Both the position numbers and the translations under genes were made by a program. Below are positions 1-13,450 of a stretch of DNA of 48,936 nt, in pieces; position 1 is the stretch's first letter; each line of letters starts with the position of its first letter. This DNA is from Lama glama. Lineage: Eukaryota. Below the pieces are notes generated by a model. That model was not told the origin of the DNA and searched no databases. It saw nothing but the letters and a program-made list of their open reading frames with translations. The stretch spans positions 109,370,001-109,418,936 of the forward strand of contig CM052817.1 of the NCBI GenBank assembly GCA_028534125.1, in the 5' to 3' direction.

Positions 1-89
1 AGCCACGGTATCCCAGCTGGGAGGTGGCAAGAGATTGTCTCAAGGGATTTCACCCCAAATCTCTTTCCAGCTGATATCAAATATCTAAG

Positions 90-260
90 GAGGTCTGGGT
101 TTGAATTCAGACTGTGCTACCCATAGCCTACATCCTGGGACCATTTGGGAGCTTCTCCCAGACCTGCTTCCTTAATGGTAAAATTAAAAAAGAAAGAAAT
201 TACAGCATCCTTGCAGACTTGTGAGGGGGAAATGAGATTAAGTGCGCATCAGGGCCATGG
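90..260 (+). mobile_element. MIR SINE fragment
   Basis: ctgggtttgaattcagactgtgctac...gtgagggggaaatgagattaag resembles the MIR core. Confidence 0.5.
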
Positions 261-589
261 TATTGCCCTTAGCAGGAGACTGGATCTAGTGGGGTCTGTG
301 TGAGCTAAGATTACATGTGGTTTCAGTTCCTTTGGCCAAATCTACTGCAACTCAGTAATAAACCAGCCAAATCTTTGTTGGCTGCAGTTGAGGTGACTCA
401 TTTGAGAGTCCGAGGTCTCATTTTTAGACCAAGGTCTGGTCCTTGAAATGTGGGGGCCACACCCCTGGTAGTCTCAGAATCACCCTCTAGCAGCTCCTCC
501 ATCTCTTGCTGCGGCCACATCTGTTTAGTATCGCCTGAATTTTCCTAAGCTTCCCTTGACCCTGTTCCTGCTACTCTGGCCTCAATGCA

Positions 590-1230
590 AACCATCATGG
601 TCACTGATCACTCTGACCAAGGAATTGTCCTCATGTCCTCCCTGGCCTCTCATCTTGTTCTGCCCTGGTCAAGCCTCCACACTCACTCTCCAAACTGGTC
701 ACCCTCCAGAATAGCTCATCCTGAACCCCGGTGACTCCTCTGCAAAGCATCTTTCTAAAACACAAGTTAGATCCAGTCTCTCCTCAGCTTAAAACCCTTC
801 CATGGCTCCCAGTTGCCTCCAGGGTACAGCCCTAACGTCTTAGCCTGCACACTGGGCTCATCCACAGGGTAACCACATCTGACTTACCATCTCAATCAAG
901 ACCATTTTATCCAGGACAAATAGTCAGTTGCATGGGATGCTCTGCTAACAGACATAAATCAAGACTGTCCCAGGCAAACTAGGGTGTATGGTCACACTGT
1001 CCATCACGACCTGGTCCCCACCCCATTTCTAATTATTCACTGTGGTGCCTCCTGTGCTTCCAGCAAAGCCCCCAATACCAGCTCTCTTCACTCATCTACA
1101 CCTTAGCACACGCTGTTCCCTCTGCCTGGAATGAATGCCCCCTGTCTTCGTCTTGGCTTGTGTGCTTCAAGCCCTTCTTTGATAGTCATTTCTGCAGCTC
1201 TTTCTGACTCCCGTCAATCCTGAAAGCTGT
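590..1230 (+). mobile_element. L2 LINE fragment, interrupted by a MER94-like MITE
   Basis: L2 motifs cttaaaacccttccatggctccc and gctgttccctctgcctggaatg. Confidence 0.7.
865..999. mobile_element. MER94-like hAT-Blackjack MITE
   Basis: Terminal inverted repeats cagggtaaccac ... gtatggtcacactg, with internal gactgtcccaggcaaac. Confidence 0.7.
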
Positions 1231-1236
1231 TTCCTT

Positions 1237-1470
1237 GTGTATTAGTCATTTATTAATGCATAATGAGTACCCTGAAATGCCGGGGTTTAAAACAACCAAA
1301 CACATTCTCTAACAGTTTTTGTAGATCAGGAATCTGGGACTGGGTGGTTGTGACTCAGCATCCCTCATGAGCTTGTGTCAAGGTGTTGGAAGAGGCTGGG
1401 GGCCCAGTTTTAAGCCAATTTACTCACATGATGGTGCTGACTCTGGGGCTCTGGATCTCCCCCTTACCCA
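1237..1470 (-). mobile_element. MLT1-family (ERVL-MaLR) LTR fragment
   Basis: tgtattagtc...ggtttaaaacaacc...acagtttttgtagatcaggaatctggg is typical of MLT1F/G/H. Confidence 0.7.
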
Positions 1471-2169
1471 GGGCTTTCCTAGCAATGGGGTTCCTTCTCT
1501 GTTGGCCCCTTAGGGATGCTGATCTGATCCAGTTAGAGCTGGGGCTTAGGGAGGAAGAAGAAATTCACAATTTCTTGGAAATAGAGCAGGTTCATTTAAT
1601 AAAAGCAGGCTTATTTAAAGAAAAAAAAAAACACCTTTCATTTCGTATCTCACTGATTTCTATGGATACCCTTCAGGGACTCCGTATCAGAAGGCACCTC
1701 ATTAGTGATTCCTTTGGGACAGACCCACTTTTAGCTACCAGGAGCCTGGACCTGCTCAGCCTCGTGGTTTGCAGCTCTAAAGGAGGACCTGAAGCTTGAC
1801 AGGTGGGGGCTCTGGCCATAGGCACTGGAAGGGCCCTCACTTGGGACCTTGGGCCCCCAGGAAGCTTGAGCTGACTGTCTCAGGCATCCTCATCCTGTTC
1901 CGTGATGCTGTGTTACGAATGTGAAGGGTGTGGAAAGCTGACTGCATTTGGTCTGCTGCTGGCCACTTTTCTTGGGTGGCAGGGCTCCCTTTATTCTCTG
2001 TTACTGACCTAACACATAGCGTCCTTGATTCCTAGGTGTGAGCCATTCCACCATTCTTCCCTCCTTCTCCCCTCCCCTCTGTTCATCCATATCCATCCTC
2101 CATCCATATCCATTCAACAAATATTTCATTTTCCCTCCTGCGACTCTTCCCTTTCGTCATTCCGTTCCA

Positions 2170-2572
2170 CCTGCACTAGCCTTCTCCTGTTCCTCCATGG
2201 CCAAGCATGTTCCTTCCTTGGGGCCCTTGCATGGGCTGTGCCTTCTGCCTGGAATGTTCTTCCCCCTGAATCTCACATGGTCAACTCCCTCACCTCCAAA
2301 CTTGGCTTTACTGTCACCTGTCAACAAGTTCTTCTTCACAGCCTAATTTAATTTTGCAGACTGCCCTCTCCATCCCCGTGCTCAGCCTCCCTCGCCCGGC
2401 CCTGCCCCCCGCCGTGCTACGTTGTCCTCCCCTGGCACCCTGCTTGCTTTTTTATTATGCTCCTTCTGGAGCGTAGAATACAGATTTCATAAAGAGAGGA
2501 CTCTTTATTTTGTTCACTTAAGAGCAGAATCTGTACGTCACAGATACTCATTAAACTTTATCAATAAGTGAA
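2170..2572 (+). mobile_element. L2 3' end fragment
   Basis: gctgtgccttctgcctggaatgttcttcccc ... tattttgttcact ... tactcattaaac. Confidence 0.7.
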
Positions 2573-2814
2573 TATTTATTTAGCACTTACTGTATACCAG
2601 ACACCATAGGCATTGGACTAGGCACTAGAAATACAGCAGAAAACAAGGCAGGTGAGGCCTCTGCCTTCAGAGGGCTCCCTAGGAATCTAATGAGTGAGAT
2701 GGGCAGTGAACAGAACACAGAAATAAGGATAATTACTGATCACAATCACTGGTATAAAGGAGGGAAGAGGGGAGACTGTAACGGAGAACACAGGGGAAGC
2801 CGCCTAAGTCGGGG
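2573..2814 (-). mobile_element. L2 3' fragment, continuing at about 3234-3310 after the MLT1 insertion
   Basis: atatttatttagcacttactgtataccagacacc...ctaggcactagaaatacagcag; resumes as gggagtcagggaag. Confidence 0.65.
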
Positions 2815-3233
2815 TGTGTCAGTTTTCTGGAGCTGTTATGACAAAGTACCGCAAGCTACATGACTTGAAACAACAGAGATGTATTCTGTCGAAGTTGTAG
2901 AAGCTAGAGGTCTGAAGTCAAGGGGTCACTGCTCTCTCTGAAGGCTGGAGGGGAGAGTCTGCCTGCTCTTCCAGCTTTTGGTGGCCCCCGGCCGTCTTTG
3001 GCTTGTGGCCACGTAACTCCATGATCTTTGCATGGCATTCACCTTTCTGGGGACAGATTTTCCTCTTCTGATTAGAAGAAGTTACTGGCTGAGGGCCCGT
3101 CCTAATCCAGTATGACCCATCCTAATGTGACTGCATCTTCACAGAGCTTGTTTCCAAATAAGGTCACATTCCCAGGTCCTGGGGCTTAAACCCTGAACCT
3201 GTCTTTTCTGGGGACACAATTCAACCCACAACA
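2815..3233 (-). mobile_element. MLT1B/C-like solo LTR (ERVL-MaLR)
   Basis: TG...CA termini, ending ggggacacaattcaacccacaaca; internal tttccaaataaggtcacattc. Confidence 0.85.
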
Positions 3234-3339
3234 GGGAGTCAGGGAAGCACTCTGACATACCAGCTGAGCGGCCAGCCAAGGAAACGGGGATTATGAGTGG
3301 AGGAAGAGATCAGATTTATGGTTACCCCTGACCCTTTCT

Positions 3340-4930
3340 TTTCCTTACAAGCTATCTGTTGAAGGAACGCCGTCTGGCTGGTAGAGTTTCCCGGTCTGCA
3401 TTTTGCTGACTTCATCTGCAGGTACCTTCAGTGTGCGCCTCTGTCCTCTGTCCTCTGTGGAGGTGGGCAGCTGGATCCGGAGGCGGCGTCAGACCTGGGT
3501 TCAGTCCCTTTGGCCAGCTCCTCAGTGGGCTTGTGTGCTTTCACCCGGCCACACAGAATGTCAGGTGGTCCCTCTTTCTGTCTCAGCAGCTGTTGGTGCT
3601 CTTGTCAGCTCATCCCTAAGTTCACTGGGGCTGCAGGGGCAACATTCCAACGCTGTTCGTTCTTTTTCATTTATCAACTGACAAGAGGCTTTCAGACAGA
3701 GACGCTTCCCCTCCTTTACTCTTTGTTGCTCAGTGATCCAGGTCGTACAGGAAAGGCAGGACCCATGCTTCATGCTTTCCCTTTTAGTCACCAGTTTTCA
3801 AGAGGATGAATTGGTTCTTCGTCATCCTCAGAAGGAGACCAATGAATTCTTTTTCTGTATCATTATGAACTCTGGGATTGGACATGTTTGATGGGTTGCA
3901 GTCATTTATGAGTATTATTTCTTTTGAAGCTCACCTTGTCCCATTCCATCATCCCACGCTAGTAAGAGCTTCTTCAGGGCAGTTCTTGAGTCCTTTTGAT
4001 ACAACCCTAGTTGTCTGTGAGAGGTCCCTTGCTTTCTGTATGACAAGATGTACCAGATTCATCTTGGACATTTTCTGCTCCAGACCTGGAATCAGCTTTT
4101 CTCCAAGGCCTTTTATTTGAAATTTTAAAAAAAAAGGGAAATGGTATTTCATGAGCGCTATCCGGGAGCTGGGGTTGCATGCACATTACTACTGTTTTGA
4201 TTACAAAGAAACAGGTTTTATGACACACACCCCTCAGCCAGAAACCAGGAGGACAGCACCCTCTGCTCCTACTGATAATTCCAATTTACATTAGGATTTT
4301 TACTTAATCTCTTTTGTATCACATCTCTCCTTTCTTCCATCCTGGGAATCCCACATCCTCAAGGACAGAGGGGAGGGTAGAATTAGAATATTTCATAATT
4401 ACGTATGCCTTATCCTGCATCATACACACAATGGTCTCAAAATCAGAACAGTAACACCACTATCAACATACTGGAAAGTCAGAACCACTTCTTGGGTACG
4501 CTCTCCCCCCTTGCCCGCACTTGAATAGTGCACTTGCTGGTGCCCCGTCAGAGGGTGTGGGTGTGACACACAGAGCCATCTCTTTTTGATCTCCCTTGAG
4601 TCTTAGTTGTCCCAGTAACTATATATTTAATGTTCACTACACTAAATCCTTTTTTCTCCCTCATCTTTTTAGTCCTCTTTTCCCTCGTCTTTCTAGTCAT
4701 TTTGGTTGTCTGAAATTTGTTCTCTAATGGATTCCTCAGGAATAGCTTATGAGAAAAACGTTCCTTGAGTTCTTTTATATTAAGCATAGTTTGTCTGAGT
4801 CCATTTTACTTACAGATCAGTTTTGCTGGATATAAAATGATTAACCTAACATTTTTCCTTCCTCGAATGTCTTAAGTATGTGACTTCATTTTCTTCTGGC
4901 ATAAGGTGTTCTTGAAAAGCCTCTTTATTC
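3340..4930 (-). mobile_element. Ancient L1MC/HAL1-like LINE remnant
   Basis: acaggaaaggcagga, acaagatgtaccagattcatcttg, ccagacctggaatcagc and ORF1-like antisense agttttgctggatataaaat. Confidence 0.6.
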
Positions 4931-7900
4931 TTGCTGAGGTCTTGCTAAGCATTCTCTTCCCTCCCCCCAACCTTGATCTTTTTCATTTGAATCCCCTCTT
5001 TGTTACTCTTTCATTTCATTGTTGCTTATTCTCTGAAGCAGGATACTCAGGCTTGTCTGCCTCCCTCTGCTTCTCTTTTCACAGGGAATAGAACAGTTGG
5101 CAGAGGAGCTTTTCTCGCTCAGCAGTCAGCTAGCTCTTCCTGAGGGAAATCAGTGGGCTCCATCCTGCCAGGCCTCCACTTCAAAAGATACAGAAGATGC
5201 ATTGACATCCTTGTTCTCTCCCTTTGATCTGAAGTTGAAAGCCAGGGCCACTCACTGTCCTCCCACCTACAGCGATCTCAGAGTTCCATTTCTCTCCTGC
5301 TTGTTCCTTTTTTAAAAATTCTAAGTAAAAACACTGTACATGTTAAACTAAAAAGACTCCTAGAGTACACTGACTTTTCTTTATGGCCCTCTTGACCCTG
5401 ATGCCCACCCACAATTTTCCATCCCAGCTTGAAGACCTCTGGGCAGCTGCCTCTCTTGTACATCTGGCTTGTGGAAAATAAATGCTGGGCTGACACTGAG
5501 ACGTCACAGTTTTGAATTTTGCCTTTTCATTCATCAGATTATGACACCTCATTCAGAAGCTGGTAAAAATACACCAGTCCACTAAGCAAGACAGGTACTA
5601 TTAGGAGATACATTTTCCTGCCACGTGGATGGTAGCTGTGAAAAGTTCCTGCAGAGCAGGAGATCAATAAGGGACATCAATAGTTCTTCCCCAATTACTT
5701 AGAATTGGATATTTTTCCCATTCTAAGACTGGTGAGTTTTTATATGCTCAGTAGGATAGTAGACATAGTAAATTTTTATAAAGGCATTTTTTAAAAACCC
5801 TTTCAGCTACCTGAAGCACATTCCTATCTGCTAATAGCCTTGACACTGAAAACAAAATCAGTCATTCCGTAATATATATTTTGATCTAAATGCCTTATCA
5901 TTGTGAGAGACTGAAAGCAAATATGCCCCGGTAGTAAAGCAGAAGTAAAAAAAGTCATTTAGATTTTGGCTTTGTGATCAAGTGTCATCTTTTTGCATTC
6001 TTCAGAACAGGTTATTGGGACATCACTCACTCACCTGTCATCCTCTTTTGTCCTTATTTAATTCTTTTCAGTTTTCTTCCCTTTCTTCCTCTTTTGTTTT
6101 AAATTTACTCTCCTAAAATTCATGGAACTGGGACACCAAAACCTATACATTTCAGATCTACAGAACACATTAAGTGTTGTCTAAAGTGTGTTTCTCTATG
6201 GAAATTCCCTGTTGTCTAAGGTGTGGGCATACATTTTGATCCTTCTCTAATTGTACCTCACATTGATGGGTTCTCCACAAAGCCTGGGTGTCTAAAGATA
6301 GTTACCAAGGACTGTCCGTGAGTCAGCACTCTCAAATGTAAATATAGGTAAGAACTGCTGGACTGTTATAAATGCAGTGCCCCACATCCTATCCTCAGAG
6401 ACAGAGCTGATACCATTACAAGTCCTTGCATGGTCTGGTTCCCATCTGCTTCTTCAACCTCAACTTACACCATGTCCCCCGCTCACTCCTTGTTCCAGCC
6501 ATATTGTCCTGCTGTACCCCCTTCTGTGTGCTACGCTCCTTCCTTTCTCAAGATCTTGGAATACACTGTTCTAGAGAAACAACATGTTAAAATATTACTT
6601 ACTTAAGCTCTGATCCCACTGCCAGAATGAAAGGACCTTGAAGGCAAGAATTATGCCCTCATTACTGTTGTTGATAAATAATCATTAGATAAAGTAATGT
6701 TTACTAAGCTTTCTCCATGACTTTTTAATTTGCCTACAAATAAAATTTTTAAAAATATTTGTTATCTTGGACCTCAAGAAAGAAGAAACCTACCTTGTTC
6801 CTCTAAATATAACCTTGAGTTTTGATTCACTCTGTATTGACAAGTTTCTCCAGTTTTTAGCTAATTTATACTCACTGCTGTTTAAATAGGACAAGTCTGA
6901 GGTTCGTGATTTGAATATGCTATGACATAGATTTATAAATCAGTTATCCAATATTCTACATCATTTCTTTTAGATAATAGACAAACATGTCTTACATCTT
7001 TCTTTTGCAAATTGTATTCTTATTGGAGATTTTTATCAGTCTTCTAATTCTAATTGAAAAATCAATGTCACTGTGATTTTTATTAGGATTCCATATGATT
7101 TTAACGATTTCTTAGGTCAAGATGTTTTTAATTTGCTGAGTTGCATATTATGGACATCTCACTTAAGCATCAGTGTCAGGGATCTGGGTGACCCAGGAGA
7201 TGGATATTACCATTTTCTGTGGTTCTACCTTAAGTAATATTATTTTCCTTTGCCTTCAGCCTTAAACTAAACAATGTTACCTGCTAGGAAAATATTTTCT
7301 TTTAATGTATTAAATACCATTTACTATTCAATTATTTAATAATTGTGTCTATTCACTGCAGAAATATCTTCAGTGAAACTCCAGATGCTTCAGTATACGG
7401 TCAGGTAGCATTTAGAATAAGATGGTGAATATTGCAGTGGCAGATTGATTTGTCTTGTCCTACTGAAGAATTTTCTGCCAAACACCAGCCATATGTTGAA
7501 GGTGATATTAACACTTTGGAAGAGGGTTAAAAATGGGAAAAAAGTCTCTCCTAGGAGAAGAGTCTAGTGTGCTGTGAATTTACAACTGTGAAGAAGGCTC
7601 TGTCTATATCAGTGTGTATTTTATATGACTTTTAACAGTGTAGGGATAGCATAATCTCCCAACTCATTGACCATCAGTTTGGTTTTTTATTCCTTTAAGA
7701 CATCCCCAAGTTTCAAGGTTACATTAATCCTATAACCACATTCAGTACTTAGATGACTGTAGCTACAGAGCACCAGTCTTAGGAGTCTAGCAACACAAGC
7801 AAAGATGAGGTAAAACAGATCAAACATTGCTAAACGATTCCCTAAGCCAATTGTTACGGTAGTTTTAAAAACTGCTTCAGTTAAAGTGGAGCTGTAAACT

Positions 7901-9379
7901 ATTTTTCTAACAAATAATAAAAGTTTAATCTACTCTAAAGTGTTTAAAAATCTTCTACAATATGATTTCATTCAAAAGGGAGAGAAATTGGGTGCCAATC
8001 TGTGGACCTACTATGGAATAAGTAGATAAAGTAACATTATTACTTTATATATTCATGATCATGAAAACAACCCTCACCCAAATTAAATATATAGTTTTTC
8101 TTAAACATTCTCTTAACTCTTTGAGAAAACAAAAGATTCTATTCTCTTTGTCTCCAGATCCTACTTAGGGTCTACTGAAATCATTTTGATGTCTAGAATT
8201 TCAGTACCAAGGAAAGTGTCAAGTCTAGTGCCTTTTAAAGGGAGAGTTCTGAACAGAGATGCAGAAAGATCAGGCTGGACACAGTTCTCACAAAGTGAGA
8301 AAACAAGGGGAGGAAGGATCAGAAGGGAGAATGGGGAAGGGAGGAAAATGGACCACAAAGTGATTGGACTTTCAGTTTGGGGGAACTGATACAGATATCA
8401 AAGTGATCTTAAGGAAATTATAAGAATACAAATGGCCCCACTAAATTGTTGCCCTTGATGATACGAGAATGTAGCAGGAATATGAACTTGTCTCATACTT
8501 TGACTTATTTCACAGATACATTTCATTATAAAATTTTCAAAGTGAGAATCCACATTAGAATTAAATAAATGAAAAAATTATATGACATCTTAGACTAAAT
8601 ATTCTAGATAAAATATTGTGCCTTAAACTCTGTGTGTGGGTAGCTTTACACCTGAATCCACATGTATATACATGTGTCTTCCAAGCATCAAATTTAGCAT
8701 TGTTTCACTATATAACAATAACGTGAAATATGCAGCCTATATTTTCATTAAACAAAAGATAATATATAAGCAAAGTTTTCATTTTGACATGAAAATATAA
8801 AACACTGTGATTTATTTTGTTAATATTACAACTCCTAATTGAAAATGATTTATTGTTCAATATTATAGTACTTTGCATGAACACAGAATGAGATTTTTGA
8901 GAGAACATTAACATATATTGTAATATCATAAAAAGCACCTTCTGAAGTTTCTAAGAATCCGATAATTACATAAAATAAATATATTTAGAGCTTTTGAAGG
9001 GGAAAGCTACTGGAGTCTGTAATTTATTCAGTTTCATTATGTTGTAAAATTTTAGAGTTGGAAGTAAACTTTACAACCACCTAAATGATTTTACGTGATT
9101 AAACTAAGATCCGTGTGACTTTATGACTTATTTCTTAGTCCACTATTTATTAAGAAAAGTAGCAGCCATAGCTCAGGCCTTCTGGGTTGTTTCCCAGGAC
9201 TCTCTCTCAAACATTACATGTCTTTCCTCAGGGAGACTTGGAGGTACTTTTCTTACCACAGTAAATGTTGCCAGTCATTTGCTCAGGCCCCAAACTTAGG
9301 AGAAATTACTGATTTGTATCTGTATGTAAAACATATCTCCTGTGCTTTCAGTGGATACTACGAATTCTTTCTAAGGAAT

Positions 9380-10085
9380 GTGGTCAGTTGTCTTCACCGT
9401 CCCTGTTGCTGGCATAGCCCAGGTTACCGACCTCCTCATCAGGACTACTGCAGATGTCACCGAGCTGGCCCTCCTGCTTCTGCTGCCGTCCCCACTGTAA
9501 ACTGTCCTTCACAAGTAGGCATCATAGTTTTGTTAATGCACATCGATTATACTAAATATCTGCTTAAAATTCTCTAATATTTCATAATACATTCAATATA
9601 AGTCAAAATGTTTATTTTTCTATAGTCTGTAAGGTCCTGCATGATGCAAATCTTTCCCTCCTCTTTAAACTCGTCTCCTTCTAATTATCTTCTTGCTAGT
9701 TAGGCTCCCATTATACAGGCATTCCTAAAACACACCACGACTTGCTGTCTCAGCGCCTTTGGATTTGCTTTCAGTTCTTCCTGAAACACTCATTCCCCAT
9801 CCAACGTGTCATATGGCCGTCTCCTCCTCATTGTTTAGGTTTCCATTAAAATCATGCTGCATGTTAGGGAAACCTGCTATGACAGACTCCCACTGGTTAT
9901 TCTGTATCCTGTAACCTGGCATATTAACTTCATAACATTTATCTCCACCTGACATTCTTGTTCCAGCAAAAGCCCCAAGAGAACAGAAATATTATCTGGC
10001 TAGTTCTTGCCTCTATTCCCAGCTCTGGAAGAGTTCCTGACTTGAACTGAAAAGATATAAAAATATTTGCTGACTAAAGAATGAC
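9380..10085 (+). mobile_element. L2a fragment
   Basis: ggactactgcag...ctgcttaaaattctc...aaatatttgctgactaaagaatga (L2 3' terminus). Confidence 0.7.
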
Positions 10086-10597
10086 TGTGACCATATCTGT
10101 GCAAACAATGAAAAATATTTAATTTCAAGTTTTATTCAATTAAAGGAAATAGAGGGAAATGAAAGAATTTTACAATATAAATTTTAAAAGCTAGCACACA
10201 AGCAAATAACAGTGTAGGACACATTAACAGTCATTAAAACTACTGAAAACCTCATTGACCAAAATATAGGGATGTAGTTTTTCAATCATGCTTACAGATT
10301 TGTTTCTCAAAATGGATAAGAAGCAATATGGAGAAGTACTGCCCTAGATTTAAATCAATTATTGGGTAATAATGAGTCAGGGAGGTAGACATGCTGAGAT
10401 CCTTAACAAAAAATGCCACCCACAGAATGAGTCATTAGTGCAACAGAAGGCAGCACTGCAGTATTAAGACACTGTTCAGGACTTAGGAACCTAAGAGAAC
10501 AATAACCAACACAAAAAACAGGATGTGTAGAACTCTGGCAATAATTCTTAAAGCTAACAGTCTTGAGTAAAATGAGAACCATTAAAAAAAGAAAAAG

Positions 10598-11002
10598 AAA
10601 ACTTTCAATTTGATGTAGTCCTGTCTGCCCATTTTTGCTTTTGTTACTTGTGCTTTTGATGTAATTTCCAAGAAATCATTTTCAAGACCAATGTCAAGAA
10701 GATTCTCCCCTATGATTTATTTTAGGAATTTTATAGTTTCATGCCTTATGTGTAACTTTTTAATCAATTCTGAGTGTATTTGAGTATTGTGTAGGACAGA
10801 ATCCACTTTCATTCTTCTGCATGCGGTTATCTAGTGTTCTAACATCATTTGTTGAAGATACTGTCTTTTTCCCATTGTGTATTCTTTTCAAACATCAATT
10901 GATTGCAATGCATGTGGCCTTAGTTCTGGGCTGTCAGTTCTATTTCCTTGTTCTAAATGTCTGTCTTTATGGTAGTACCATAAGTTTTAATTACTGTAGC
11001 TT
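10598..11002 (-). mobile_element. Inverted 5' segment of an L1 (ORF2 region)
   Basis: Antisense ORF2 sequence tttcaatttgatgtagtcc...ggtagtaccataagttttaattactgtagc. Confidence 0.85.
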
Positions 11003-12172
11003 CTACACAGTGAAGGAAATAATCAATAGAATGAAAAAGTAATGTAAGGAACAGAAAAAAATGCAAACCATATATGACAAGGGGTTAATATGCAAAATAT
11101 ATAAAGAATTCATGCAACTCAACATCAAAAAAAAATCAAATAATCCAATTTAAAAATTGGCAGAGAACCTTAATAGACATTTTTTCCCCAAATAAGACAT
11201 TCAAATGGCCAATGGGTGTAAGAAATGGTGCTCAACATCACTAATCATTAGGGAAATGCAAATCAAAACTACAGTGATCTATCTACTCACATCAGTAAGG
11301 AGGACTGTTATAGTTTAAAAAAAAAGAAGATAACAAATGTTGGCAAGAATGGAGAGAATTTTGAACTCTTCTACATTGTTGGTGGGGATGTAAATTGGTG
11401 TGGCTATTATGAAAAAAAGTACGGATGTTCCTCCAAAAAATAGAACTACCATGTGATCCAGCAATTCCACCTCGGGATATATAGCCCAAAAAAACAAACA
11501 AAAAAAAGACAGATAACTGCATTCTCATGTACTTCCCAGCATTATTCACAATAGCCAAGTTCTGGAAACAACACAAATGTCCAGGAATAGGTTCATGGTC
11601 AAAGAAAAAGTGGTATATTTATACAATGAATATTATTCAGACTTAAACAAAAAGAGAAGGTAATCCGGCCATTTGCAGCAACATGGATGAATATTGAAAG
11701 TATTAGGCTAGATGAAATAAGCCAGTCACAGAAGGACAAATACTGAATGATGTCACTTAAATGAGAAATCTAAAACAGTCAAACTCATAGACGCAGAGAC
11801 AAGAACAGTGGTCACCAGGCGTGGAGGGGAGGGGAGGAGAGACTAAAGTTGCTGCGCAGCGGGTGGCTGTAAAGTGTCAGTTACGCGGGAAGACTCCGTC
11901 CCGGGGACCTGCTGTGCAGCGTCACCCCTGTAGTCAGCAATATCGTGTAATGTACTTAAAATTTAAGAAAGTAGATCTCATGTTAGATGCTCTTACCATA
12001 AAAAAGGGGGGGGAGGCACATGGGTACTTTGGTAGGTGGTGAATTTGTCTATAACTTTGATTGTGGAGTTGGTTTGACGAGTGTAAGTATATGTTCAAAC
12101 TCATCAAAACTGTATTTATTATATATATGCAGTTCTTTGTACGTCAGTTATACCTCAGTAGAACTTTTAAGA
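10998..12172 (+). mobile_element. L1MA/L1MB-type 3' segment (end of ORF2 plus 3' UTR)
   Basis: gggaaatgcaaatcaaaactacagtga, gatccagcaattccacctctggga and 3' end gtcagttatacctcagtaga. Confidence 0.9.
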
Positions 12173-12789
12173 AACAGAAAAAAGAAGACCTTTTACTGAA
12201 TAAGCACACACTGACACCCACACACCCACTCCTGTGATGAGAATATGCCATAAAAGTGTACATACAAAAATATACATGAAAGGAAACCTAAGTAAGAATG
12301 ATACACAAATCATTCATACAAGTAGTTGTTGAACATTCACTGTGTCCCAGGCACGTCTTAGTGTGGGGAGTGTGTGCGTTTGTGGTGCTGCTTATCACAG
12401 AAATGCTAATAACGCAGCAGCACAACGGACTGACCAAACAATTGGTAAGTAACCCCCTGCGCCGCAAAAGAGGAAAGAAAACAAATTACACAAAATCACC
12501 TATGTGCTGTGATGTATTTGCTCTTTTAAATTTCACTAAGTTTTAAAATATCTCCCTGAAATACGAGAGAGTGCCTTTTACCAATCATTACTCCTACAGT
12601 ACTGTCTGAAAGGCATTGCAGTGTCTTCTACACTTTGATCTGTTGTTTTTCCCAAGTTCAGAACTTTGACTAAAGTTAGTAATTGTTGAACTTCAAAAAG
12701 TCTTTCTGTCATGAAGAGATTATGGTATTTGAAAAGGAGGCTGGTTTAGTTATCTTCTAAGACTTTATTATCCTGTGCCTTTCATGACA

Positions 12790-13221
12790 TCAGACTTGCT
12801 CATCTTAATATTCGTCCTCCGGTCTTGGATGATGACATACCCCCCATCCAACTATTCGAGCTGTCTCTAGATCACTCTTCCTTCCATTTTCCGTCTATAT
12901 TACCTTATCCAATCTATCACCAGAGTTATCTTGGAAATTATTTTCAAATCCGTCAATTTTTCACTAATCTTACTGCCAATTCCCTCACTTTCATTTTTAG
13001 TTATGTCTCACCCTAGTTTCCTTTCTGCTTCATCCACTCCTCACTGAAGTGTGACATCACCCTTTGAGAACAACTCTAAATGGTGTACCTCCTCAGTTTA
13101 AACTCTGATGGCTTCACGTCACTGCTGGCTCTGAAGCACCTCTTCATTCTCATCTCTTACTCCTTTCCTGGGGCTCCTTAAGCCTCTCCCCTTCCGCCAG
13201 CACGTACGTACGTACGTACGT

Positions 13222-13263
<42 letters not shown>

Positions 13264-13450
13264 CGCTCCCCTGAAGCTAACACACAGTCCCACTTACAGT
13301 CAGACACGCTGTTTTCTGTCCTTTCCTTTGCCTGATGACCTCAGGTTTCAAAGGTTTCTCCTCTTTGTCTCACTCAATTGAAAGCTCTTTAAGGGCACAA
13401 ACTGTCATTTTTCTTGCGTATATAAAATACTCAATAAATGTCAAATGAAT
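12790..13450 (+). mobile_element. L2 fragment containing a microsatellite
   Basis: cagtttaaaactctgatggcttc; aagctctttaagggcac; actcaataaatgtcaaatgaat. Confidence 0.6.
13200..13261. repeat. Compound microsatellite (ACGT)5-GCG-(CA)n
   Basis: Seen directly: 62 bp of uninterrupted purine/pyrimidine alternation. Confidence 0.95.

Noticed and set aside
1383..1799. 138-aa ORF
   Set aside because: GTG start inside an LTR remnant, runs through a poly-A tract and has no recognisable homology.
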